Shown: in pieces, positions 1 through 9,749 of the stretch
Numbering within the stretch: position 1 is the stretch's first letter
Layout of the letters: every line of letters starts with the position of its first letter
Assembly (NCBI GenBank): GCA_023256615.1
Contig: JAGDXO010000020.1
Coordinates: 3,587 to 64,456, forward strand
Origin: Thermoplasmata archaeon
GTDB lineage: Archaea > Thermoplasmatota > Thermoplasmata > Thermoplasmatales > GCA-001856825
DNA length: 60,870 bases
Reading direction: 5' to 3'
The notes under the pieces: model-generated
The model's database searches: none
The model's input: only the letters and a program-made list of their open reading frames with translations
Told to the model about the DNA's origin: nothing
Program-made: the position numbers and the translations under genes

Positions 1-251
1 TTTTCACGGATAGTGCAAAGCTTCTTGAAATTGGCAACTCATGTGAATCATTCGAAATAGATTCTTTCTTCTTCAAAGAAAGAGAGTTTAAAATAGACAC
101 ATCCATTAAAGGATTCATATGTGATTATTCTTCATTGAATTATGTATACGATTGTATCCATGAAAAAGATATTTTGGTTGATCAAATAGTAATTAAAAAT
201 AAAAAAGGAGATTTAATAATTGGATTGATAGAAAACTATCAGCCAATTTAG
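1..251 (+). CDS. 3' end of a hypothetical protein (truncated by window start)
   Basis: Open frame from nt 3 (FTDSAKLLEIG...IENYQPI) to TAG at 249-251; converges on the SSB gene; absent from the ORF track because no start codon is in the window. Confidence 0.6.
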   Translation, partial: FTDSAKLLEIGNSCESFEIDSFFFKEREFKIDTSIKGFICDYSSLNYVYDCIHEKDILVDQIVIKNKKGDLIIGLIENYQPI

Positions 252-673
252 TATCTTCTTCTAAAATTTCTGTTTCCGCCGCCAAAGTCCCTTCTTGGCC
301 TTCTTTCTGTTTCTTCTGCCTGATATTCCTTCTCGCTCATATCTAGGGACTCGTTTATTTCTCCCACTTCATTGTCTGATTTCTTTATGCTTCCGTATTT
401 TCCTACATTTAATCTCATGTGGCCCCTAACTAGGCTAACATATCCATTTTCGACAACTATACTGTCTCCAACTTCAACCTGACTCGCCTGTTCATTCCAT
501 AATGACATTGTTACTTTTCCTGTTTCATCGCCGAGAACTGCCTCGGTAACGCTTTTCTGTTCGCCATATCTTGTCTGTATTTGCTTTGGTTCGCCAACAT
601 TCAAAACTTTCGCCAATACGGTTACTCTCTTGGATCCCTGATTGAGATCCTTCACTTTCGTAAATTCGTCCAT
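248..673 (-). CDS. ssb: Single-stranded DNA-binding protein (single OB fold, crenarchaeal SSB/RPA-like)
   Basis: OB-fold motifs LGDETG..MSLWN and LNVGKYG; low-complexity C-terminal tail. Confidence 0.9.
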   Translation of the reverse strand: MDEFTKVKDLNQGSKRVTVLAKVLNVGEPKQIQTRYGEQKSVTEAVLGDETGKVTMSLWNEQASQVEVGDSIVVENGYVSLVRGHMRLNVGKYGSIKKSDNEVGEINESLDMSEKEYQAEETERRPRRDFGGGNRNFRRRY

Positions 674-1047
674 ATTATACCATTCCTTTTGTCTAGAGCT
701 AAAAGCTCAAAATCCATAGCGCATACATGCTATTAATACTTTCTCTATCCTACTCCCAAAAATCACTTTTAAACTTATTTGAATAACCCATAATTTTACT
801 ACTGTAAATTCAAATTATTACAATTTTTTAATTCCAGCTTCATAAATAAATGAAATATAAATATGTAATTTATTAATTATCACCGTGTATTGAAACTTTA
901 ATTATTATATTTAATTGTTACAAATTCATAATTATTAATAAATAAGGAATTTAATTCAATTAATGTTGATTTGCATGTATAATAATTTACTTAAAATTAA
1001 TTAATTTTAAATATTAGTTATATTTATCCATAGATGGTGACGCCTGA

Positions 1048-1437
1048 ATGTCCATAGGAATTCATATAATTGCAGATTTAAAGGGAGTAGAATCAGGGAA
1101 AATTTCCAATGTAGAGGAAGTTAGGAAGATAATGGAAGGGGCAGTAAAGGCGGGAGATTTGACCAAAATAAGATCCCACTATCATCAATTTACTCCAGAG
1201 GGGGTTAGTGGTATAATACTGATCGCTGAGTCACATTTAAGTTTCCATACATGGCCTGAATATGGACTTGTGACATTAGATATTTTTACCTGTGGTCCTA
1301 CTGAAAAGGCAGAGACCGCATTTGAATATATAATAGATAAGGTTTCCCCGCAAACTGTTGAGTATAAAGAAATAGAGAGGGGAATGGAGTATCCAAGAGG
1401 GTCACAGAAAAAGGAGCTAGAAATCGGGGCAGTATAG
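1048..1437 (+). CDS. speD: Pyruvoyl-dependent S-adenosylmethionine decarboxylase proenzyme (class 1B)
   Basis: Self-cleavage motif IAESHLSFHTWPE and DIFTCG. Confidence 0.85.
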   Translation: MSIGIHIIADLKGVESGKISNVEEVRKIMEGAVKAGDLTKIRSHYHQFTPEGVSGIILIAESHLSFHTWPEYGLVTLDIFTCGPTEKAETAFEYIIDKVSPQTVEYKEIERGMEYPRGSQKKELEIGAV

Positions 1438-1484
1438 ATCTAAACTTAGTTCTAAAATTCCATATTTTTTTGAATATTATTTGT

Positions 1485-1994
1485 TTAAAAGAGATATTCT
1501 AAAAGTGACGTAAGTGGTAGTCCAGATTCCCATTTTAGAATAAATGATCCTGATTTTGTTATTTCCATCTTTGGAATTATTTCTGATAATAATCTATATC
1601 GTCCTCCAAATTCAAAACTGAATGTAAATATTCTCCACGGATCTCCTTTTACACCCTTTAATCTGAAGGCATAAAGAGGCATAATTTTTGTTCTTTTCAA
1701 GATCTCTAAATAAGATTCTGCCTGGATCTGTGACCTTTTTGAGGATGAGGAGAAATTAATAACCTTTTCTTTGGAACTTTTTATTTCCACAGGTAAACTA
1801 ATATCATCTCTTATAACAATTATATCATATCCATGACTACCGGCAGCTCTTACAACTAAAAATGGCCTTTTCAATATTCTTTCCTTCATCACTTCTGAGA
1901 GCCATCCTATAGTCCCTAATTTTTGTTCATCTCCTCCAAATATTCCCTTTAATTCTCTTTCATATATACTTCCGTTTTTGCTCAAGATCATCAA
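1485..1994 (-). CDS. hjc: Holliday junction resolvase Hjc
   Basis: YEREL, RAAGS..DI and EIKS PD-(D/E)xK motifs. Confidence 0.85.
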   Translation of the reverse strand: MMILSKNGSIYERELKGIFGGDEQKLGTIGWLSEVMKERILKRPFLVVRAAGSHGYDIIVIRDDISLPVEIKSSKEKVINFSSSSKRSQIQAESYLEILKRTKIMPLYAFRLKGVKGDPWRIFTFSFEFGGRYRLLSEIIPKMEITKSGSFILKWESGLPLTSLLEYLF

Positions 1995-1996
1995 AC

Positions 1997-2950
1997 CTAC
2001 TTAATTGATTTCCCATAAAGATATCCTAAAAAACTCTCTAACTGAATTAGCTCCCTGGCGCCCTCTGAGATTCTAAAATCTATTTCGCCCAGATAATAAA
2101 GAATGTCGGCCTTCAAATCCTCTGCTATAGTCAAATCATATAAACTTCTATGAAATTGCTCAACTATGTCCTGTCCTGATATACCCTGCTTTATTACAGC
2201 GTCCTCCAGTAATGCCTTTGCTTTTGATATGTCACCCTTCAATGCAAAATTCATAACCTGAAGGGCCCATTCCTTATGAACTGTACCAGCAGCCTCATAA
2301 ATTGAGTTTACCGTTATTCTTTCTGAATAAGTTGCTGCAACCTGAAGAATATTTATAGCTTTTCTCATATCACCATAAGCCATTTCAGCTATAACCTCGA
2401 GTGATGTTTTTTCGTATTCCTTCCCTTCTTTTTTCAATATATTTTCTAATGCGTGAACCATATCCTCTCCACTTATTCCTTTAAATCTGAATATCGCAGT
2501 CCTGGATTGAATAGGTTCTATTATTTTTGATGAATAGTTACATGAAATAATAAATCGCGTAGTTTTTGTAAAATTTTCCATGGTTCTTCTTAATGCTGCC
2601 TGAGCTTCATCTGTCATATAATCAGCTTCATCAAGAAATAGTATCTTGAAACCAAGGGGATTTGATGGCATGATCCTGGAGTATTCCTTAATTGTCTCTC
2701 TAACCATCTTGATGCCTCTATCATCTGATGCATTGAGCTCAAGGAAGTTTTCTTTCCATGATTCTCCAAATAGTTCCCTAGCAAGGGCCATCGCCGTAGT
2801 TGTCTTTCCTGTCCCTGGAGGCCCAGAAAAAAGTAAATGTGGTATATTTTTTTGAGATATGTAGCTCTTCAATCTTCCTACAACTACCTGCTGTCCTATT
2901 ATTTCGTCTAGTTTTTTTGGCCTGTATTTTTCAATCCATAAATCTTCCAT
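1997..2950 (-). CDS. rfcS: Replication factor C small subunit
   Basis: WIEKYRP, GPPGTGKT, ELNASDDRG, DEAD, AQAALRR. Confidence 0.97.
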   Translation of the reverse strand: MEDLWIEKYRPKKLDEIIGQQVVVGRLKSYISQKNIPHLLFSGPPGTGKTTTAMALARELFGESWKENFLELNASDDRGIKMVRETIKEYSRIMPSNPLGFKILFLDEADYMTDEAQAALRRTMENFTKTTRFIISCNYSSKIIEPIQSRTAIFRFKGISGEDMVHALENILKKEGKEYEKTSLEVIAEMAYGDMRKAINILQVAATYSERITVNSIYEAAGTVHKEWALQVMNFALKGDISKAKALLEDAVIKQGISGQDIVEQFHRSLYDLTIAEDLKADILYYLGEIDFRISEGARELIQLESFLGYLYGKSIK

Positions 2951-3059
2951 CTGATCCAGACAATCATAATTTACGGATAAATAATCTTTTCATTTTTTGG
3001 TAAATGAAATTTGATAAGTGTTTTATATTTCGAATTGTTGTCAGTAAAAGGTAATTTCC

Positions 3060-3575
3060 ATGGTAAGAAAACCGGCCAGAATGTACAGAAGACTTGAAGG
3101 ACCTGCTTACACAAAGAGGGAATATATGGGAGGAGTTCCATCGCCCAGGATTCAGCAGTTCGTAAGCGGTAATGTTAATGGCAATTATGACGTAGAACTT
3201 AGGTTAGTAGCTGAAGAGAGTTGCCAGATTAGACACACTGCACTTGAAGCTGCAAGAATTACCTCTAACAGACAGCTAATCAAGGATTTCGGGGAAAATG
3301 GATTCTTTATGAGAATAAGACCATATCCTCATCACGTAATAAGGGAGCATAAAATGGCTACAGGAGCAGGAGCTGATCGTATATCAAGTGGTATGAGTAT
3401 GGCCTTTGGAAGACCAGTAGGAACTGCTGCAAGGGTTAAGATGGGCTCAGTAGTTATGATAATAAGAGTACCCAAATCTGGAGAGATGAAAGCTAAAGAG
3501 GCGCTTAGAAAGGCATCTCACAAAATTCCTACACCTTCGAGAATTGATACCATTTATATCAATCCTCCTTCTTAA
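3060..3575 (+). CDS. rpl10e: 50S ribosomal protein L10e (uL16)
   Basis: RKPARMYR, HVIREHKMATGAGADRIS, AFGRPVGTAARV. Confidence 0.97.
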   Translation: MVRKPARMYRRLEGPAYTKREYMGGVPSPRIQQFVSGNVNGNYDVELRLVAEESCQIRHTALEAARITSNRQLIKDFGENGFFMRIRPYPHHVIREHKMATGAGADRISSGMSMAFGRPVGTAARVKMGSVVMIIRVPKSGEMKAKEALRKASHKIPTPSRIDTIYINPPS

Positions 3576-4161
3576 AATTAATAATATTTTTTATTTCCTT
3601 CTCCAAGAAAGATATTGCTGTTTTGTCCAGTGAATCCCTATTTAGGGATATCAGGATTATACCCTTGGTTTTTAATATTCTGTCTTTAATCAGTGATATA
3701 AATTTCAACACGTTTGATTGGTTAGAATTCATCGAAATAAAATAATCAACACAATCCATATACATAACACTTTTTTCCTTAATGTTATTTAAAACAAATT
3801 CCTGTAGACGGCTGAGTTCTCCGGGATTAAAGGCACCATTAATTTCGTCAAAAGATATTAACGCATATTTAACATTTTTTAAATCCTTTATGTTATTTTG
3901 TATCTCCCTAGTTATTATTATAAGTGGATTTCCTTCTACTGCTACCTTTGATGCAATCTTCATACCTATCTCGTTACTCCTTTCATATATTAGGTATGAT
4001 TTCCCATAATCAAGCTTTAAGAGGTTATCGTTTTGCTCTGGATTTAGCTCTTTTTTAATCTGATTAATGAAGTCATCCTTATCACAATATTTCCTTGCTA
4101 AAATTAGTGCATAATTAAGGCCATCCCTGTAACCTTCCTTATAGGACCTATCTGGTGACAT
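3559..4161 (-). CDS. DUF835-family protein (degenerate RecA/KaiC-like domain)
   Basis: GKSYLIYE, LIIITRE and YMDCVDYF..N pattern typical of DUF835. Confidence 0.65.
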   Translation of the reverse strand: MSPDRSYKEGYRDGLNYALILARKYCDKDDFINQIKKELNPEQNDNLLKLDYGKSYLIYERSNEIGMKIASKVAVEGNPLIIITREIQNNIKDLKNVKYALISFDEINGAFNPGELSRLQEFVLNNIKEKSVMYMDCVDYFISMNSNQSNVLKFISLIKDRILKTKGIILISLNRDSLDKTAISFLEKEIKNIINFKKED

Positions 4162-4996
4162 TCATTCCACTTTCTATGGATGCTATAACTTCTTGAATAA
4201 TCCTTGCAGCTAGCATTGTTGTATTACCATTATCGTAAATGGGAGATATTTCAACGATATCGAGGCCCACTATTCTTTTCCTTATTATTTTCATTATGTC
4301 AAGAACTATATATGGATCTATTCCAAATGGTTCCGGAGTTCCAACACCGGGAGCAAATGATGGATCAAATCCATCAAAATCTATAGAGAAATAAATTGGT
4401 CCATCAGCAAAATTCTTTATTTTTTCTAGTGCCCCATCATAATTATTTCTTACTTCATAACTTGAGATATAATCCTGTGTTCCTTCTTCCTTTTCTTCTG
4501 GGGATACTGATCTGATACCTATTGACAATATGTTTTCCTTCCCAATTATTTCACTCACTCTTCGTGCAACTGAAGCGTGGGAATATTTCTCCCCCATATA
4601 TGAATCACGGAAATCAGTATGTGCATCGATAAAAATGACCTTGCTCTTGATTTTCCTTAAAGCACCTGTTGATATACTGTGCTCCCCTCCTATCATAATT
4701 GGGAATTTTTTATCTGTTGTAATCTGATCTACTATCCCATACACTTCATCCAGCATTCCTTGTGGATCGTGGTAATCTGATATATCTCCTAAATCAAATA
4801 TTCCTGCATCCTTCACGTTATAATCGTGAAATAGAGAATAGCTTTCTATATTGTACGAACTTTCTCTGATCCGGTTAGGAGCCAATTTTTCTCCCGGTCT
4901 AAATGATACAGTAGCATCAAAAGGTACCCCAAAAAGTACGTATTTTGAGGAGTCATAGTCCTCGGAGGAATCACAGAACTTCAAGTTTGAAGGCAT
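4148..4996 (-). CDS. speB: Agmatinase (ureohydrolase)
   Basis: GVPFD, GGEHS, DAHTD, DFDGFDP, GVGTPEPFG; adjacent to aIF5A. Confidence 0.92.
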   Translation of the reverse strand: MPSNLKFCDSSEDYDSSKYVLFGVPFDATVSFRPGEKLAPNRIRESSYNIESYSLFHDYNVKDAGIFDLGDISDYHDPQGMLDEVYGIVDQITTDKKFPIMIGGEHSISTGALRKIKSKVIFIDAHTDFRDSYMGEKYSHASVARRVSEIIGKENILSIGIRSVSPEEKEEGTQDYISSYEVRNNYDGALEKIKNFADGPIYFSIDFDGFDPSFAPGVGTPEPFGIDPYIVLDIMKIIRKRIVGLDIVEISPIYDNGNTTMLAARIIQEVIASIESGMNVTR

Positions 4997-5383
4997 TTAT
5001 ACCCTCATTAACTTCCTCTTTCCCATAGATTCCCAATATTCTACTTCTGTCCCGCTCTTTATTTTATCCCTGAACTCCTCAGGTATTTCAAGATTGAATT
5101 GCTCGTATGTTTCCATATCCATGAATAGACCTTCATTCTGAGATATACTAAGAACCTGAGCTGTCTTCTTTTCTATTATTGGAACCTTGACCTTATGTTT
5201 TGTAGGATAAACAACGCTTCTTTTCTGACCATCAAATACACCTATTGCTACTATTCTGGCTTTAGCTTCACCATGCTTCCCTGGTTTGGATGTTGTAATT
5301 TCGACTATTTTGCACGGCTCCTCATCTATCAGTATATATTTATTCTCTTTTAATTCTCTAACTTCTTGATCTTGCCATGTCAT
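4997..5383 (-). CDS. eif5a: Translation factor aIF-5A
   Basis: Hypusine-site motif [10 protein letters not shown]. Confidence 0.97.
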   Translation of the reverse strand: MTWQDQEVRELKENKYILIDEEPCKIVEITTSKPGKHGEAKARIVAIGVFDGQKRSVVYPTKHKVKVPIIEKKTAQVLSISQNEGLFMDMETYEQFNLEIPEEFRDKIKSGTEVEYWESMGKRKLMRV

Positions 5384-5414
5384 GATTTCTCCTAGGTAAA
5401 ATTTAGTGGTTTAT

Positions 5415-5834
5415 TTAACTTTGTTGCTTAATGACCTTTCTTATATCAAACTTTACTCCTGCCCTTTTGAGAGTTATAGAAATATTGCAGTATTTTTCCT
5501 GGGACAGATCTATGGCCTTTTGGAAGTTATCGGGATTTACATCGCCGTATACCACATATTCAAGTGTTATATCCGTTATTACCTTTGGATGTTCTGTTGC
5601 CCTTATACCTATTGCGTTAACTTCAAAACCTTTTACTGGTTCTTTCATTTTCTGGAGAATAGAGATTACATCCATTCCGGTGCAACCACAGAGTGCTTGA
5701 AGTAATAATTCAGTAGGCGCAGGCCCTATGGAATTCTTTTCAGATGTACTCGAATCCATAACAATTGCATGGCCTGACCCTGATTTAGAGATAAAAGTCA
5801 GTCCTTCAACCCATTTTAAGTTGGCTTCCATCAT
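5415..5834 (-). CDS. OsmC/YhfA-family protein
   Basis: GPAPTELLLQALCGC and EKYCNIS with the two conserved Cys. Confidence 0.88.
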   Translation of the reverse strand: MMEANLKWVEGLTFISKSGSGHAIVMDSSTSEKNSIGPAPTELLLQALCGCTGMDVISILQKMKEPVKGFEVNAIGIRATEHPKVITDITLEYVVYGDVNPDNFQKAIDLSQEKYCNISITLKRAGVKFDIRKVIKQQS

Positions 5835-5910
5835 TCCAGATAAATTTTAGGTATTTAGTAATTTTTTTTAATAACAGTAATAGTTAATATTTAAATTTCA
5901 ATGACCCCGC

Positions 5911-7374
5911 GTGAGTTTGATAGATTTACTGATATACTTAATAATCGCTTGGATTATTGTATATTACATATTAATCAAGAAGGTCAAAAAATATTTCGCA
6001 CCTTATGGTCCTGCCTTACTGATTAAGACGCAAGCAGGTGTAAAAACAATTGATAAGGTCTCTAGAACAAAGTTCTGGGATTATTTTGTTACTTTTTTCT
6101 ATTATGCAATGCCTATATTTGGAATACTGACAGTAGTTCTATTAATCTGGGAGGCTTTTCTCATATTATCAATTCCCAAGAGTGCTGCCCCGCCACTTTC
6201 ATATGCACTTGCCCTACCTGGTATAAACCCCGTGATACCTGTAGGTTTCGGAATAGTGGGACTGATAATTGCAGTGGCTTTACATGAGGCCGCACATGGT
6301 ATTGCAGCAAGGAGATTCAATATACCAGTTAGAAGCACTGGTTTACTGTGGTTCATTATTCCTGTAGGAGCATTTGTAGAACCCGATGAAAATGTTATGA
6401 AAGAAAGAGATTCTAAAACAAGGGGGAAAATATTTGCCGCTGGCCCTGGAATGAATGTTACTCTAGCTGTCATTTTTCTTATCCTTGCAATAGTGCTCGC
6501 ATACTCATTTACACCGGTATCGGGTGCTCCTGTTCAGTCTTCTCTTTCCCCCTCAATACTCCCAGGAGATATTATAGAAAAGGTAGGTAACATAAATATT
6601 GTGAATGTAAGTACTTTCTCATTACTTTCATTTACTCCTGGAACAAATGTTTCTGTGCTTCTAAACAGAGATGGTAACCTTATAAAGGAGAATGTTACAT
6701 ATGGTGTATACATTACAGGTGTTGTAGCTGGTTATCCTGCCCAGCAGGCTGGAATTAAGACGGGAAGTATTATTTTGAGCGTAAATGGAAAAGAAATAAC
6801 CAATATCACAAATTTTGAGAATATTCTTTCAGGATACCAGGCAGGACAAACAATTTTTGTTAAAACATTTTATAAAAATTCTATATATTCTTATAATGTT
6901 ACTCTGGCTTCCAAATATTCTTATTTGATATCAGCGGGTGATAGTTCACCGGGAATTTCAAAAAGTTACCCTTTCATGGGAATCGATGTTTCTATTATGG
7001 GATTGTCTCTATTCGATCAGTATTCTTATATCAGCTTATTGAGAAATCCATTTTCTTCTGGCCTGCTTGGCTTTTTCGTCTATCTGGGACTGCCTTTCCA
7101 CTATGAGCTCCCCCTGCCTGCCGTATTACAGAGTTCATTCAATGCCAATATAATAGTCTTAAATATGGAGTATCTATTTTACTGGTTATTCTGGCTCAAT
7201 TTCGCTCTTGGACTTACCAACATACTTCCATTGGTTCCTCTTGATGGAGGATATGTATTATTAAACATGCCCTCCCTTCAGAAAAACCAAAAATTGAGGA
7301 ATGCAATAGTTGCAGTAATAGGCCTCTCCGTATTATTCCTTATATTATGGCAATTAATTATTCCTCGAATTTAA
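5911..7374 (+). CDS. Site-2 protease (M50) intramembrane metalloprotease with PDZ domain(s)
   Basis: HEAAH, GAFVEP, AGPGMN, NILPLVPLDGG; PDZ-like YPAQQAGIKTG. Confidence 0.92.
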   Translation: MSLIDLLIYLIIAWIIVYYILIKKVKKYFAPYGPALLIKTQAGVKTIDKVSRTKFWDYFVTFFYYAMPIFGILTVVLLIWEAFLILSIPKSAAPPLSYALALPGINPVIPVGFGIVGLIIAVALHEAAHGIAARRFNIPVRSTGLLWFIIPVGAFVEPDENVMKERDSKTRGKIFAAGPGMNVTLAVIFLILAIVLAYSFTPVSGAPVQSSLSPSILPGDIIEKVGNINIVNVSTFSLLSFTPGTNVSVLLNRDGNLIKENVTYGVYITGVVAGYPAQQAGIKTGSIILSVNGKEITNITNFENILSGYQAGQTIFVKTFYKNSIYSYNVTLASKYSYLISAGDSSPGISKSYPFMGIDVSIMGLSLFDQYSYISLLRNPFSSGLLGFFVYLGLPFHYELPLPAVLQSSFNANIIVLNMEYLFYWLFWLNFALGLTNILPLVPLDGGYVLLNMPSLQKNQKLRNAIVAVIGLSVLFLILWQLIIPRI

Positions 7375-7582
7375 TCAGTGTCTGTTGAAGGGTATCCCCA
7401 TCACCCTTATTTATTTTCAGATCAAAATAGTTTATTGGTAATTTCTCGCTATTAGCGTATGAAATGCTTTCTTTCTTGAAGGATATAAAGTTAGGACAGA
7501 GATTGCATTCGGAAGGATCATTCCTCAAAAAGTAGCATTTTCCTTTATCGTAATAAAAGCAAAATCTGCCAACAGATTCCAT
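7358..7582 (-). CDS. Small Cys-rich hypothetical protein
   Basis: 74 aa with C-x7-C-x9-C-x2-C; fills the gap between flanking genes on the same strand as the upstream gene. Confidence 0.5.
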   Translation of the reverse strand: MESVGRFCFYYDKGKCYFLRNDPSECNLCPNFISFKKESISYANSEKLPINYFDLKINKGDGDTLQQTLIKFEE

Positions 7583-7611
7583 GTTCAGATATTAGGTCTA
7601 TGGATTTATTT

Positions 7612-8352
7612 CTATCCTATAAGCCTGCTATTTCTTGATATTAAAGAGTTGGTAATTACGATTATTATTATACCTACTATTGATGTTAGCATAGTTATAA
7701 TTAAAGGGACATACGAGTTTTCATAAAATAGGTATATGTTCACAGACCCCGATTCAACCACTAACTCATAATATCCATCTGGAAGTGATTGATTCAATAC
7801 AATATTACCATTTACGTCAATCTGATTTATTGGGACAGAACTCCCATTCTGATATATAATTACATTTCCTCCGCCATTAAATCCTATACTTTTGATTGTT
7901 CTGGCCGCAAAATCATAGCTATTTGCAAAATAGATCACATCTCCCTGATGTAATGATCTTTCTGAGACGTTCGTAGAATTGAATGGCAGAAATGTTATAA
8001 CTGATATTACCAGTATAATTATAAAAATAATAATGAAATTTTTCGACCTTTTCCTGGCCCTTACAAAAATCCTTTTTTTAATTCCTATATAATTAGATTC
8101 TCTGGCTTCCTTTAAATCTATTATTTGGAATACCGAATAATAAAGTATAAACCATAATGTTATGGAAAAAATCACAAGCGATAGAGGGAAAAAATTACTA
8201 TTAAATGATAATCCCTCTGAGATTATTAAAAAAATTATAAATGCGATTTCAAGCACTAACCCAACCAATACTGTTATAAAGCCTGCAGATCTTATTTTAA
8301 GGCGTTGATTTATTTTCTGTATTAATTCAAGGTCTATCTCCAGAGAACCCAT
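7612..8352 (-). CDS. Hypothetical membrane protein
   Basis: About 4 hydrophobic segments plus a beta-rich extracytoplasmic loop. Confidence 0.7.
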   Translation of the reverse strand: MGSLEIDLELIQKINQRLKIRSAGFITVLVGLVLEIAFIIFLIISEGLSFNSNFFPLSLVIFSITLWFILYYSVFQIIDLKEARESNYIGIKKRIFVRARKRSKNFIIIFIIILVISVITFLPFNSTNVSERSLHQGDVIYFANSYDFAARTIKSIGFNGGGNVIIYQNGSSVPINQIDVNGNIVLNQSLPDGYYELVVESGSVNIYLFYENSYVPLIITMLTSIVGIIIIVITNSLISRNSRLIG

Positions 8353-8364
8353 CTGAATGTATAA

Positions 8365-9711
8365 TTATTGGTTAGGTTTAACTTTTTTCCTACCATTCAG
8401 CCTTTCAAATCTTTTTAATATCTTCTCAGTAATCGCGATAGAATTTCCTGTGTAATCTAAAGGATTAATGTCATCCAATCTTTTTCCTGTCTTCTCTTCA
8501 ATGAGATCCTTAAGCTTCATTCCTGTCTTCCTAGATTTCATAGATGCTTCCCTAACAATTTCATGAGCTTCCTGCCTTCCATAACCCAATCTTACTAGGT
8601 TCATTATGTATGCTTCGCCCAAAACCAATTCATCATTCAATAAGTTCTCAAGCATTTTTTTCTCATTTACCTTAAGCCCCTCAAAAACATTTGACATCTT
8701 GTTCAATATATCATCTATGAGAACAGATGTATATGGAATAATGAATCTCTCTGAGGCACTGTTTGTTAGGTCCCTCTCGTGCCAGAGTATTGATGATTCA
8801 TGCATTGGGTTTAGAAATCCTCTTATTATTCTTGCCAAAGAAGATATATTTTCGGAAACAACAGGATTTACCTTTTGAGCCATTGTGCTTGAGCCAACCT
8901 GCTTATCTTCATCAAATGGTTCCTGTACTTCATCTATCTCTGGTCTCTGCAGATTCCTTACTTCTGTTGAAAATTTTTCAAGAGAAGTTGCTATGGAGGA
9001 TAATATGGATACATATTCAACATATCGGTCCCTATCTACAAGCTGAGTTGGTCCCTCTTCATATCCTATTTCAAGCTTTCTCATTACAATTTCCTGTATT
9101 TCAATTGTTTTCTCCCCTAAGGCTGCACCTGTCCCTACAGCCCCCATAAATTTCCCAACAATTACCCTTTTCCTTGATTCCCTTACCCTTTCAATGTGTC
9201 TCATTATCTCATTCAGATACACCGATATTTTCAACCCAAAAGTTATAGGTAGTGCATGTTGTCCATGCGTTCTTCCCATCATTGGAGTTTTCTTATATTT
9301 ATATGCAAGTGTACTTAATGATTTCCCCAATCTAAATAAATCTTCTTCTAAAATATAATAAAAATCCTTCAGCTGAAGTGCGGTGGCTGTGTCATTAATG
9401 TCATTTGATGTTGCACCCAAATGGACAAATGCCCCACTCTGGCCTGAGACTTCCGCTAGTACCTTTACCATTGCCATGACATCGTGTCCTATCTGTTTCT
9501 CTAATTTCTTAACTTCTTTTATATCCACAAATTTAGTGTTAGCATACTTTGCAATATTTTTTGCATCCTTTTTTGGAATAATTCCAAGTTCCCCTTCAGC
9601 TTCAGCTATAGCGCCTTCCACCTTCAGCATATATGATAGTCGAGCTTCCTCAGAAAAAATTTTTTTCACTTCATCCCGGCCATATCTGTAATCTATTGGT
9701 GAAATTATCAC
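8365..9711 (-). CDS. purB: Adenylosuccinate lyase
   Basis: HLGATSND, GRTHGQHA, GSSTMAQKVNP, HERDL. Confidence 0.96.
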   Translation of the reverse strand: MIISPIDYRYGRDEVKKIFSEEARLSYMLKVEGAIAEAEGELGIIPKKDAKNIAKYANTKFVDIKEVKKLEKQIGHDVMAMVKVLAEVSGQSGAFVHLGATSNDINDTATALQLKDFYYILEEDLFRLGKSLSTLAYKYKKTPMMGRTHGQHALPITFGLKISVYLNEIMRHIERVRESRKRVIVGKFMGAVGTGAALGEKTIEIQEIVMRKLEIGYEEGPTQLVDRDRYVEYVSILSSIATSLEKFSTEVRNLQRPEIDEVQEPFDEDKQVGSSTMAQKVNPVVSENISSLARIIRGFLNPMHESSILWHERDLTNSASERFIIPYTSVLIDDILNKMSNVFEGLKVNEKKMLENLLNDELVLGEAYIMNLVRLGYGRQEAHEIVREASMKSRKTGMKLKDLIEEKTGKRLDDINPLDYTGNSIAITEKILKRFERLNGRKKVKPNQ

Positions 9712-9749
9712 ATATGTTAATTACATTAAATATTCAAAACCTTCCTTAT

